A stretch of DNA of 32,000 nucleotides from Deinococcus radiodurans R1 = ATCC 13939 = DSM 20539 (lineage in GTDB: Bacteria; Deinococcota; Deinococci; Deinococcales; Deinococcaceae), in the NCBI RefSeq assembly GCF_000008565.1, contig NC_001264.1, forward strand, positions 187,418 to 219,417. Direction: 5' to 3'. A model generated the notes under the pieces. The model saw nothing but the letters and a program-made list of their open reading frames with translations. It had not been told where the DNA came from and did no database searches. A program made the position numbers and the translations under genes. Shown here one piece after another: positions 12,740-22,853 of this stretch. Positions within the stretch are counted from its first letter, which is position 1. Each line of letters starts with the position of its first letter.

Positions 12740-13684
12740 TTAGAGCAGGCTGACGCGCTCGCGGCCTTGCGCCACCCGCGCCGCCGCCTCAGCGTGGTCG
12801 CACCACTCGATTTCCACCCCCGGCAGGCATTCGCGCAGCAGTTCGGGAAAAAGCGAGCTGACCCGCAGGGCGCCGCCCGTCGCCCGCAGGGGCAGGTCGC
12901 CCGCCCGCACCTGCACCCGCCGCCCGAGTTCGGCGAGCGACGTGGCGGCCTCACGCAGCAGTTCCAGCGCCGCCGCGTCGCCCCGGTCCGCTCCCCGGCC
13001 CACCGCCGGCGCGAGGCGGGCGAGGGCCGACGCTCCCGGCGCGGCGTACACGAAGGCGCGCAGGGTGTCCCAGTCGAGGCCCCCGGTGATGGCGGCGACT
13101 TCCTCGGCGAGTGGCCCCGTCGCTTCTCGCCCAAAATCGAGCGCGTCGGTCACGTGCCGCAGCGCCCCCCGGCCCAGGCTGGCCCCGGCCCCGTCGTCGC
13201 CGATGCGGTAGCCCCGGCCCCCGGCACGGAAGGTGTCGCCGCTCGCCGTCACGTGATAGGCGATGCTGCCGGTCCCGGCGTAGATCAGGATGCCTGCACC
13301 GGGCGCGAAGTGGGCGCGGTAGGCGAGGGCGAGGTCGCCTTCCACGCTCACCTGCTGCGGCGACAGGCCGAGGGCCGCAGCGAGGTGCGCCCGCGCCGTC
13401 TCCGCCTGGGGCGACCCCGCGCTCAGACCGGGCAGCCCGGCGTGAAGGCGCTCCGGCAACGCGGGCAGGGCGTCTCTTAGGCTTCTGAGCGCCGTCTCCC
13501 CCGCTGGCGTCCCGAGCAGGGCAGTCGTGAGGGGCGGAGCAGTGCCTGCCCCCACCCGTTGTGGGCCGCGCAGCAATACCCACTGCGTGCCGCTGCCCCC
13601 CGCGTCCAGACCGAGGGCGAGGGGCGGCAGTTTGGGAGCTGACGGGTGAGCGGGCGGCGTGTGGCAAGGCATGGGGGACAGCAT
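12740..13684 (-). CDS. BadF/BadG/BcrA/BcrD-type ATPase, N-acetylglucosamine-kinase-like (314 aa; alternative ATG at 13672)
   Basis: Actin-fold kinase motifs are present: LGLDAGGSGTQWVLL (phosphate 1), YAGTGSIAY, and GGRGYRIGDDGAGASLGRGALRHV. It ends 34 nt upstream of the secreted-protein gene on the same strand. Confidence 0.7.
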   Translation of the reverse strand: MLSPMPCHTPPAHPSAPKLPPLALGLDAGGSGTQWVLLRGPQRVGAGTAPPLTTALLGTPAGETALRSLRDALPALPERLHAGLPGLSAGSPQAETARAHLAAALGLSPQQVSVEGDLALAYRAHFAPGAGILIYAGTGSIAYHVTASGDTFRAGGRGYRIGDDGAGASLGRGALRHVTDALDFGREATGPLAEEVAAITGGLDWDTLRAFVYAAPGASALARLAPAVGRGADRGDAAALELLREAATSLAELGRRVQVRAGDLPLRATGGALRVSSLFPELLRECLPGVEIEWCDHAEAAARVAQGRERVSLL

Positions 13685-13738
13685 GACATTTTGCGTTTGG
13701 CACGGGGCTTTCCTCTAACGACAATTCAGCGAACTGTC

Positions 13739-14059
13739 ATGGCGCTGAGGCTGGGGAGCTCCATTGTCGGCGGTGGCGGACGCGGCATGGCGGCTTCGGG
13801 GATGCTCGCCCCCGGCCTGACCGAGCGCAGCATGGCCGCCACCGTCATTCCCGGCAGCCACAGCAAAAAGCCGCCGCTGCCCGCGTCCGAGAGTGCCCTC
13901 TACCACCCGTCGAACGCCCTGCGTGAACGCGGCGACTCCCCCGGCCACATGCACGACACGAGCGCCTACACCGAAACCGCCTCGCGCTCCGGGCTGCTGA
14001 AAGTGGCGGCGGGCATCGGACTGGCGGCGCTGGCGTGGCAGGTCTTGCAGCGGGAGTGA
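13739..14059 (+). CDS. Hypothetical small protein with C-terminal hydrophobic anchor (106 aa)
   Basis: This is the only plus-strand gene candidate in an otherwise 434-nt gap. Read codon by codon from ATG 13739, third positions are overwhelmingly G/C, as in the real genes here. The C-terminus GLLKVAAGIGLAALAWQVL is TM-like. It is followed directly by a strong terminator. No recognisable family. Confidence 0.4.
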   Translation: MALRLGSSIVGGGGRGMAASGMLAPGLTERSMAATVIPGSHSKKPPLPASESALYHPSNALRERGDSPGHMHDTSAYTETASRSGLLKVAAGIGLAALAWQVLQRE

Positions 14060-14068
14060 TGCGCGGCA

Positions 14069-14117
14069 AAAAAGAGAGGTGGGAAGACTCGCACGCTTCC
14101 CACCTCTCTTTTATTTA
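14069..14117. terminator. Bidirectional intrinsic terminator (ends the eight-gene minus-strand operon and the small plus-strand ORF)
   Basis: An A-tract (14068-14072) precedes a 14-bp perfect stem, AGAGAGGTGGGAAG (14073-14086) pairing with CTTCCCACCTCTCT (14096-14109), with a 9-nt loop. It is followed by TTTATTTATT. It sits between stop 14057-14059 (+) and stop 14119-14121 (-). Confidence 0.8.
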
Positions 14118-14118
14118 T

Positions 14119-14832
14119 TCAGCGCCAGCTTCTCAATTCCGGCGTCAGGTGACCTTCCTCGTTGAAGGAGTCGAGGCTCAGGCGTCCGCCACCGAAGGTA
14201 AAGCGCGTCAGGCTGCCGTTTTTGACCCGCCAGTTGAGTTTGAGGGCCGAGGCGTCGGGCGCGTCAAGGGCGAGTGCCACCGCCAGCCCGATCACGCCGC
14301 CGCTGGTAAAGAGGACGGCGGTGGTGCCCGCCGGGAGCCGCAGCACGTCGCCCAGGCCAGCGCGGACGCGCGCGCGGAAGTCGGCCCAGCCCTCGACCTC
14401 GGGGTGGGTCACGGTGCCCGCCTGCCACGCCGCCGCCAGCGCTTCGAGCATCCGCTGAAAGTGGCGGTTGCGCTCGGGCGAGTCGCGGTGCTCGCGGAAA
14501 GTCGTGGCAAGGGTGCCGAATTCGGCGTCCTGCTGAGCCAGCAGCGGGGCCAGTGTAGTCACCAGCCCGTCGCCGTCGAACTCGGAGAGGCGCGGGTCGA
14601 GGGTCGGCGCGGGCCAGCCCGGCTCATTCCCGGTCTGCCCTTCCCCGGCGAGTTCCGCTGTGCGCCGCTGCCGGACCAGCGAGCCGTGCAGGACGTGGGT
14701 GGGCCGCACCCCCTGCGCGGTGAGCGCCGCGCCCACCGCGCGGGCCTGCTGCTCACCGAGGGCCGAGAGGCGGTCGGTGGCCTTCTCGAAGGGCGTCGCC
14801 TGACCGTGGCGGACCAGAATCAGTTCACTCAT
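14119..14832 (-). CDS. Histidine-phosphatase (phosphoglycerate-mutase-like) superfamily protein, 237 aa
   Basis: The N-terminal catalytic motif is LILVRHGQATP (RHG). The C-terminal block VLFTSGGVIGLAVALAL aligns with the usual V-S-H-G-G-V-I block but has Ser in place of the second His. The start overlaps the kinase stop by 8 nt. Confidence 0.75.
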   Translation of the reverse strand: MSELILVRHGQATPFEKATDRLSALGEQQARAVGAALTAQGVRPTHVLHGSLVRQRRTAELAGEGQTGNEPGWPAPTLDPRLSEFDGDGLVTTLAPLLAQQDAEFGTLATTFREHRDSPERNRHFQRMLEALAAAWQAGTVTHPEVEGWADFRARVRAGLGDVLRLPAGTTAVLFTSGGVIGLAVALALDAPDASALKLNWRVKNGSLTRFTFGGGRLSLDSFNEEGHLTPELRSWR

Positions 14833-15985
14833 CGGTGGCCTGGGACGGAGGGGTCTGGGACGGTGCCGTCTGCAACTCGCCCTGCGCGCCGGGCGCCTGC
14901 GCGATGCGGCGCCACGCCTCCTCGATCAGCCACTGGGCCTGCCCGGCGAGCGGGGCGAAGCGCGGGTCCTGCGTCTGGCCGAGGCGGTAGCGGGCGAAAA
15001 TCTGCAGGACGATGACCGCCAGCTTGAAGTGCCCGAGGACCTCGTACCACGCCACGTTGCTCACGTCGCGGCCACTGCGCTCGGCGTAACGCTCAAGCAG
15101 CTCTTCGCGGGTGTAAAAGCCCTGGTCACTCGCCGCCGCGCCGATGCGGTTGGGCACGCCACCGGGCTGGTCGGGAATGGTCCAGTAGGTCAGCGTGAGG
15201 CCGAGGTCCACCAGCGGGTCGCCCACGGTGGTCATTTCCCAGTCGAGCAGCGCCGTGACTTTCGAAGGGTCCGCCGGGTCGAGCATCAGGTTGTCGAGCT
15301 TGAAATCGTTGTGGACCAGCGTGTGCGCCGTTTCGTCGGGCACGTTCGCTTCCAGCCAGGCGATGACGAGTTCGTCGCGCAGCTCGGCGGGCGGGGGCAG
15401 GTCGCCCGAGTCCTTGAGCAGCTCGCGCGCCCGGCGCCAGCGTCCGGCCCAGCCTTCCACCTGACGGCGGTTGAAGCCCTCCGGTTTGCCGATGCCGCGC
15501 AGCCCCGCCGCGTCGATGTCCACCGCGTGCAGATCGGCCAGTGTGTCGGCCAGCGCCTGCGACATCTGCCGGGGGGCGTCGGGGAGTGCGGCGTACTCGG
15601 CAGGCAACTTGGTACGGACCACCGTGCCGCGTCGCCGCTCCATCAGATAAAAGGGAGAGCCGAGCACCGCCGGGTCCTCGACGAGCAGCGCCGGAGCAGG
15701 GGCCACCGCCAGCACCGGGTGAATCTTTTCAAGCAGGTGGTACTCGCGCGCCATGTCGTGCGCGCCCTTGGCGACGGGGCCGAGCGGTGCGCGGCGCAGC
15801 ACATATTCCTGGTCGCCGGCCCGCAACAGGTAGGTCAGGTTGGAAAACCCGCCGGGAAACTGCTCGACTTCGAGGGCATCCACGTCGCCGGGCACCTGAC
15901 CGCGCATCGCGTCCCGAAGGCGGTCGAGCGGCAATTCCTCGCCGGGGCGCACCGGGGCGGTATCGGGCCGCCCGCCCGTGGTCAC
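14825..15985 (-). CDS. APH-fold phosphotransferase of the type fused to ACAD10/ACAD11 (LvaA-like candidate 4-hydroxyacyl-CoA kinase), 386 aa
   Basis: The GTG start at 15985 overlaps the upstream stop (GTGA). Motifs are FPGGFSNLTYLL...EYVLRRAP (nucleotide-binding lobe), the catalytic loop LVHNDFKLDNLML, and the metal-binding DWEMTTVGDPLVDLG. Confidence 0.75.
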   Translation of the reverse strand: MTTGGRPDTAPVRPGEELPLDRLRDAMRGQVPGDVDALEVEQFPGGFSNLTYLLRAGDQEYVLRRAPLGPVAKGAHDMAREYHLLEKIHPVLAVAPAPALLVEDPAVLGSPFYLMERRRGTVVRTKLPAEYAALPDAPRQMSQALADTLADLHAVDIDAAGLRGIGKPEGFNRRQVEGWAGRWRRARELLKDSGDLPPPAELRDELVIAWLEANVPDETAHTLVHNDFKLDNLMLDPADPSKVTALLDWEMTTVGDPLVDLGLTLTYWTIPDQPGGVPNRIGAAASDQGFYTREELLERYAERSGRDVSNVAWYEVLGHFKLAVIVLQIFARYRLGQTQDPRFAPLAGQAQWLIEEAWRRIAQAPGAQGELQTAPSQTPPSQATDE

Positions 15986-16818
15986 GGGTGGCCCTCGGTG
16001 CGGGGGGCCTGACCGGCGGCGGCTTCGGCGGCAGCCTGGGGTGCCTGAGCAGCATGTGCCTCGACGAGCGCCATCGCCTTGGTCCGCAGGTGGCGCATCT
16101 TACTGATCCACACGTCGTAATTTTCCGCCTTGTTGCGGAAGGATTTGAGGGTGGTGTCGTGGGTGGTGATCAGGAAGCCGTCTGCCCGCAGCACCTCCAG
16201 CGCCTTCTCGACGAGTTCGTCGGTGGTGATGGCGGTCTGCTGCAAAATCGGCGCGTTCTGCACCATCGGGGTCCAGACGCCCTCGGGACACAGGCAGGTG
16301 ACCTTAATGCCCCGGTCGCCGTAGGTCACCGCCAGCCACTCGGCAAAGGCGAGCGCGGCGTGCTTCGTCACCGCGTAGGGCGCCGAGTGCAGTTCGGTGA
16401 GCAGGCCCGCCGCCGAGGCGGTGTTCAGGAAATGGCCCTCGCCGCGCTCCAGAAAGTGCGGCAGCAGGTGCCGGGCGGCCCAGACGTGGCTCATCACGTT
16501 GATGCGGTGCACGAGGTCCCAGACCTTGTCGGGCGTTTCCGGCCCCTCGCCCTGCGCGACGCCCGCATTCGAGCAAAACAGGTCGATGCGGCCTTCCTGC
16601 GCCAGCACGTTCTCGATGATGGCCTGCACGCCCTCCTCACGGCTGATGTCGGCGGGGATGAAACGCGCACCGATCTCCTGCGCCTTCTGCGCCCCGACTT
16701 CGGCATTGCGGTCAGAGGTGATGACAGTGGCGCCTTCCTGCACGAAGCGGGTGGCGAGCGCGAGACCGATACCCGAAGCGCCGCCGGTCACGACGACGAT
16801 TTTGTTCTGAAATTCCAT
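15982..16818 (-). CDS. Short-chain dehydrogenase/reductase (278 aa)
   Basis: The ORF track gives 15982..16965; ATG 16818 is preceded by GGAG. Motifs are KIVVVTGGASGIGLA (TGxxxGxG), SNAG, and SAPYAVTKHA (YxxxK). Confidence 0.85.
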   Translation of the reverse strand: MEFQNKIVVVTGGASGIGLALATRFVQEGATVITSDRNAEVGAQKAQEIGARFIPADISREEGVQAIIENVLAQEGRIDLFCSNAGVAQGEGPETPDKVWDLVHRINVMSHVWAARHLLPHFLERGEGHFLNTASAAGLLTELHSAPYAVTKHAALAFAEWLAVTYGDRGIKVTCLCPEGVWTPMVQNAPILQQTAITTDELVEKALEVLRADGFLITTHDTTLKSFRNKAENYDVWISKMRHLRTKAMALVEAHAAQAPQAAAEAAAGQAPRTEGHP

Positions 16819-16906
16819 GGGGACTCCGTGGTGCGGGGTGGGGCGCGGCGGACTTTTCTCCGGCCCGGCGCCCCTGGGAGTTGTTGGTTCAGTGGAGGTG
16901 ACTGGC

Positions 16907-18150
<1,244 letters not shown>

Positions 18151-18154
<4 letters not shown>

Positions 18155-18558
18155 GCGGGTTCCTCCAGGGGGGAAACAGAAACTGGGGTCAGGGGGCGCA
18201 GATCGGCGCTCGGGCCGCCGACGCCCAGCAGATCTATGCCCAGCAGAAAGTCGCGGCACAGCCCGCCGCCTTCGCGCCGCAGCACCAGCCCCAGCCCCTG
18301 CACCTCGGCCTGCACGGCTTCGGCGCGGGCAAAAGCCTCGGGCGAGCGGTCATGTGCCAGCTCCTCGGCGAGGCGGTTGTCTTCCTCGAACAGCGCCCGG
18401 TACGTCTCGTAAGCGGGCAGCGGCTCGAAGGCGCAGCGAAAGGCGAAGGGACGCAGTTCCAGCACGATCAGGTGCCCGAGCGGCAGCCCCGCGCCGCTGA
18501 GCAGCAGCACGCTTTCGCCGGGGCGCCAGGGGGCGGGGACGGCCTGTTCGGGGGTCAC
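18151..18558 (-). CDS. Hypothetical protein, 135 aa, translationally coupled on both sides
   Basis: The GTG start at 18558 overlaps the thioesterase stop (GTGA), and the stop overlaps the ACAD ATG (ATGA). Amino-acid composition looks normal (not Arg/Pro/Gly junk) and includes an amphipathic helical stretch, [20 protein letters not shown]. No family recognised. Confidence 0.6.
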
Positions 18559-19049
18559 GAGCCCTCCGTCTCGGTTGTTGGGCCGTTTGCCGCCGAAGTG
18601 GGCACATCGGCGAGCACGATGGTTCCGAGCGCCGTCGCCACCAGCTTTTCGTCGCCGCCCTTGACCGCATAGATGTCGCAGCGGGTCACGGCCTGCCGCT
18701 TGGTGGCGCTCACCACGCTGGCGCGCGAGACGAGTTCCTCGCCTACGCCGGGGCGCACGAAATTGATCTTGAACTCGCTGGTGAGCACGTTGGGTCCCAG
18801 CGCCAGCGCGCCGATGAAGGTCAGCGAGATATCGGCCATGGCGGACATCAGCCCGCCGTGCGCGAAGCCGTGGTGCTGGCGCAGGTCCTCGCGCAGCGGC
18901 ACGCGCAAGGTGGCCTGCGAGGGGGTGATGTCGGTGAACTGGGCACCGATCAGGGTGGAAAAGGACTGCGCGGCGATCACCTGATTGGCGAAGGCCAGAA
19001 CTTCGGCGGGAGACTGTGTTGGCTCAGACTGGGGAGGCTGTTGGGTCAT
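18555..19049 (-). CDS. PaaI/4HBT-type hotdog-fold thioesterase (164 aa)
   Basis: The motif LRVPLREDLRQHHGFAHGGLMSAMADISLTFIGA is typical of PaaI-family thioesterases. The size is right for a single hotdog domain. Confidence 0.8.
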   Translation of the reverse strand: MTQQPPQSEPTQSPAEVLAFANQVIAAQSFSTLIGAQFTDITPSQATLRVPLREDLRQHHGFAHGGLMSAMADISLTFIGALALGPNVLTSEFKINFVRPGVGEELVSRASVVSATKRQAVTRCDIYAVKGGDEKLVATALGTIVLADVPTSAANGPTTETEGS

Positions 19050-19081
19050 GAAGGGCCGCTCCTGTGGCTGGTGGCGGGGGA

Positions 19082-19543
19082 TTACAGGTAGACGCGGAAG
19101 ACCGTTTCCGCGATGCAGGCGGGCTTGGACGCGCCCTCGATTTCCACCGTGTTGAGCACCGTCATCTGCAAAAAGCTCTCGCCTTGCTCCACGCTCTGCA
19201 AGGTCGCGTGGCTGCGCAGGCGGCTGCCGACGCGCACCGGGGTGGGAAAACGCACCCGGTTGAGGCCGTAGTTGAGCGTGACTTTCGCGCCGGTGATCTC
19301 GGGCATACCGCCGCCGTTCAGAAAGTCACCGGCGAGCATCGAGAGGCTCATGAAGCCGTGGGCGACAGTAGTGCCGAAGGGGCCCTGGGCGGCTTTTTCG
19401 GGGTCCACGTGAATGAACTGGTGGTCGCCCGTCGCGTCGGCGAAAAGGTTGATGCGCTCCTGGGTGACTTCGACCCAGTCCGACACGGCGAGTTCCTGCC
19501 CGACGAGTGCCGGGAGGTCCTGGGGCGTGAGCGAGCGGCTCAT
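19082..19543 (-). CDS. MaoC-like (R)-specific enoyl-CoA hydratase/dehydratase (153 aa)
   Basis: This is the C-terminal part of track ORF 19082..20386. ATG 19543 overlaps the upstream SDR stop (ATGA). The hydratase-2 motif is FADATGDHQFIHVDPEKAAQGPFGTTVAHGF. Confidence 0.85.
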   Translation of the reverse strand: MSRSLTPQDLPALVGQELAVSDWVEVTQERINLFADATGDHQFIHVDPEKAAQGPFGTTVAHGFMSLSMLAGDFLNGGGMPEITGAKVTLNYGLNRVRFPTPVRVGSRLRSHATLQSVEQGESFLQMTVLNTVEIEGASKPACIAETVFRVYL

Positions 19544-20316
19544 ATCGCGGTGATGCCGCCGTCCACGGCGATGTTCTGGCCGGTCATGTAGGCGCTGGCG
19601 TCGCTGGAAAGCAGCACGGCGAGACCCTTGAGGTCCTGGTCGGTGCCCAGGCGGCCCATCGGCGTGTGGCTCATGATGGCTTGCTCGGCGGCGGCGAGGG
19701 TGCCGCGCGTCATCTTGGTGGGAAAGTAGCCGGGGCAAATCGAGTTGACGGTGATGCCCTTGGGCGCCAGCTCGGAGGCCAGGGCGCGGGTAAAGTTCAC
19801 CACGGCGCCCTTGGAGGTGTTGTAAGCCATGGTGGGCATCATCTGCGGCGAGTTGCCCTTGAGGCCCGCCACGCTCGCCACGTTGATGATGCGGCCCTTG
19901 CCGGCGGGCAACATGCAGCGGTTGAGCACGCTCTGGGTGAGCAGGAACGTTCCGTTGACGTTGACGTTCATCACCTTCATCCAGGCGTCGAAGGGATGCT
20001 CGGCGGTCGGTGCGCCCCAGGTGGCCCCGGCGTTGTTGATGAGGATGTCGATGGGCCCGACTTCCTGATGAATTTGCGCAATGAGCGGGTCGATGCTCTC
20101 GAAGTTGCCGAGGTCGTTGGCGTAGACGTGGGCCTTGACGCCCAGCCCTTCGAGGTGCGCCTTCGCCTCGTCGAGTTCGTTTTGCTTGCGGGCGGTGAGC
20201 ACCACGGTGGCGCCGTACTCGCCGAGCGCTTCGGCCATCTGCAGGCCGAGGCCACGCGAGCCACCGGTGATGAGCGCCACTTTGCCGGACAGGTCGAACA
20301 GTTCTTTCAGGGCCAT
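19540..20316 (-). CDS. FabG-like short-chain dehydrogenase/reductase (258 aa), first gene of the operon
   Basis: GGAGGA lies 4-5 nt upstream of ATG 20316. Motifs are GKVALITGGSRGLG, NNAG, and AYNTSKGAV (YxxxK). Confidence 0.85.
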   Translation of the reverse strand: MALKELFDLSGKVALITGGSRGLGLQMAEALGEYGATVVLTARKQNELDEAKAHLEGLGVKAHVYANDLGNFESIDPLIAQIHQEVGPIDILINNAGATWGAPTAEHPFDAWMKVMNVNVNGTFLLTQSVLNRCMLPAGKGRIINVASVAGLKGNSPQMMPTMAYNTSKGAVVNFTRALASELAPKGITVNSICPGYFPTKMTRGTLAAAEQAIMSHTPMGRLGTDQDLKGLAVLLSSDASAYMTGQNIAVDGGITAI

Positions 20317-20381
20317 ACTTTCCTCCGTCGAAACCGGCCTGCGTGCGGCCGGCGAGCCATGCTGGATTGCGGAACGGCCTC

Positions 20382-20411
20382 AGCATACGGGGAAATTTAC
20401 GTGCACGTCAA
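20382..20411 (-). promoter_or_regulatory. Putative promoter of the eight-gene operon with an overlapping near-palindromic operator
   Basis: The minus strand reads TTGACG (20411-20406), an 18-nt spacer, then TATGCT (20387-20382), about 65 nt upstream of ATG 20316. The 16-bp near-palindrome TTGACGTGCACGTAAA (20411-20396; central ACGTGCACGT is a perfect palindrome) overlaps the -35 box and spacer. This is a motif-only call. Confidence 0.3.
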
Positions 20412-20456
20412 TTCTGGACGTGGAGGGATATTTTTTGGAGCCTCTGGCGACACAGC

Positions 20457-20511
20457 AAAAGGCGCCCCGATTCACCTCGCACGGCAAGGGCCGAGGAGGA
20501 GCCGGGGCGCC
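20457..20511 (-). terminator. Probable intrinsic terminator downstream of nadE
   Basis: On the minus strand, the stem GGCGCCCCG (from 20511-20503) pairs with CGGGGCGCC (20469-20461). The interior is large and partly self-paired, and the hairpin is followed by TTTT (plus-strand AAAA, 20457-20460). It begins 16 nt after the nadE stop. Confidence 0.5.
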
Positions 20512-20526
20512 GCAGAACGTCTTTTT

Positions 20527-21390
<864 letters not shown>

Positions 21391-21419
21391 GGGCGCAGTA
21401 TGCCCGGAGCCGGGGCATG

Positions 21420-21447
21420 AAAAAACCTCTCCCGGGATGGGGAGAGG
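21420..21447 (-). terminator. Strong intrinsic terminator after the SodC-fusion gene
   Basis: The minus strand has an 8-bp GC-rich stem, CCTCTCCC (21447-21440) pairing with GGGAGAGG (21433-21426), with a 6-nt loop, followed by T6 (plus-strand A6 at 21420-21425). It lies 17 nt after the stop at 21465. Confidence 0.75.
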
Positions 21448-21464
21448 CCGAAAAGAGAGAGTGC

Positions 21465-22853
21465 TCAGAACTTGGCGAAGCGGGTGAGCTTGAACGGCGT
21501 CTCGGGTGTGCCGCCGATGCGGTCCAGTTGCGCCTGCGTCACCACGAGGTCGTTCCCGACCTTCGCCAGCGTGGCGGGAAAGCGCAGGCCGTTCAGAGGC
21601 TCCTGCGCGACCAGTTGGCCGCTGCCGTAGTCGGCGCTGAGGCTGACCTTGGCGACGACCTGGTCCTTGTTGCGGGCGACGTAGAGGGTGCGCCCGTCGA
21701 GCAGGAGGCCGTCGCCGTTGACGAGGCCGTCCATGACCTTTTTGACCGCCTTGGTCTTCAGGTCGATGCGCCACAACTCGCCCGTGTTGAGCTGCACGGC
21801 GAGCAGGTACTTGCCGTCGGGCGTGGCAGCGATGCCGTTGAGGTTGACGCCGGGGCCGTACTTGATGGGCGTGCCGGCGAGGTCGAGCCAGGCCGTCAGC
21901 TTCAGCGCCTTGTCCACGCGGAAAATGACTGGGCGCGAGGAATCGGTGACATAGAAGTTGCCGTCGGGCGCCAGCACGAGGTCGTTGATGTAGGGACGCG
22001 GCGACTTGGGGGTCTCCAGCACTGCCAGCGTCATGCCGTCGGGCGTGAGGATGCTGACCGTTCCCTGGGCACCGCCCGCAATCCACAGTCGGCCCTGGGG
22101 GTCCACCTTGAGGCCGAGCGCGACCTGACGGCCATAGGCGCCGCCTTCCTGAAACTTGGTCACGGCGCCGCTCTGGGCGTTGATGGCGTAGATGGTGCCG
22201 TTCTGGGCGCTGCCAGTGTAGATCAAGCCTTTCTTCGCGTCGTAGGCGACGCCTTCGGGGTGGTCCACCGGGCCGGGCAGCGCGTAGTCGCGCACGCTCA
22301 GGCCGTCGCGCACGATGACGCCGCAGCGCTCGCGGGCACCGGACATGCCCGCCGGGTCGGTCTTGTAGTCGTCGGGGTTGGCGTGGATGACCAGACTGCG
22401 GTTCAGGATGCCGTTTTCGCCGGTCAGGCTGATTTTGGTGCTGGTAAAGCTCGCTTTGCCCACACCGTCGGCGCCCACGCTGAGCATCGGGGTGTCGCCG
22501 CCGTGCCCGTGTTTGTTGTCGGTCTGGGGCGTATCGTGGTTGCGGCTCATGCTGGGGTCAAAGTGCCCGCCCGCCGCGCCGAAGGGCACCACTTTGTTGA
22601 CCGCCGGGTCCACGCCGGGAGTGCAGCGCCCGAACTCGTGGACGTGCATCCCGTGCATCCCGGGCGTCAGGCCGCGCACGTCCACCGTGACCTGCACGCC
22701 CGCGCCCTGCTGCACGAAGCGGGCACTGCCCACGACCTGCCCGGCACCGTCACGCAGGGCGGCGGTGGCACTCAGGGGAGTCGCCGGCTGCGCGCCGCCC
22801 GCGCTCGCCAGGCCCAGGGTCAACAGCCCGAGCAGCGCCGTTTTACGCATCAT
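21465..22853 (-). CDS. sodC: Secreted Cu/Zn superoxide dismutase domain fused to a C-terminal beta-propeller (SMP-30/gluconolactonase/NHL-like) domain, 462 aa
   Basis: ATG 22853 overlaps the upstream stop (ATGA). The signal peptide is [22 protein letters not shown]. All SodC ligands are visible: HVHEFGRC (Cu His pair plus disulfide Cys), GGHFDP (bridging His), [16 protein letters not shown] (Zn His/His/Asp), LVIHANPDD (Cu His), and ARERCG (Arg plus Cys). Residues from about 190 to 462 show repeated blade-like motifs ([32 protein letters not shown]). Confidence 0.85.
   Translation of the reverse strand: MMRKTALLGLLTLGLASAGGAQPATPLSATAALRDGAGQVVGSARFVQQGAGVQVTVDVRGLTPGMHGMHVHEFGRCTPGVDPAVNKVVPFGAAGGHFDPSMSRNHDTPQTDNKHGHGGDTPMLSVGADGVGKASFTSTKISLTGENGILNRSLVIHANPDDYKTDPAGMSGARERCGVIVRDGLSVRDYALPGPVDHPEGVAYDAKKGLIYTGSAQNGTIYAINAQSGAVTKFQEGGAYGRQVALGLKVDPQGRLWIAGGAQGTVSILTPDGMTLAVLETPKSPRPYINDLVLAPDGNFYVTDSSRPVIFRVDKALKLTAWLDLAGTPIKYGPGVNLNGIAATPDGKYLLAVQLNTGELWRIDLKTKAVKKVMDGLVNGDGLLLDGRTLYVARNKDQVVAKVSLSADYGSGQLVAQEPLNGLRFPATLAKVGNDLVVTQAQLDRIGGTPETPFKLTRFAKF

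Noticed and set aside
20396-20411. Radiation/desiccation response motif (RDRM) upstream of the operon
   Set aside because: The half-sites look like TTACGT / ACGTAA, but they are separated by 3 nt rather than the 5 nt of the 17-bp RDRM, and one half reads CGTCAA. I kept it only as a generic operator candidate.
21391-21419. Leaderless promoter for nadE (CATACT 6 nt before ATG 21390)
   Set aside because: Only a weak -10-like hexamer is present, with no convincing -35, squeezed between a terminator T-tract and the start codon. The evidence is insufficient to call it.
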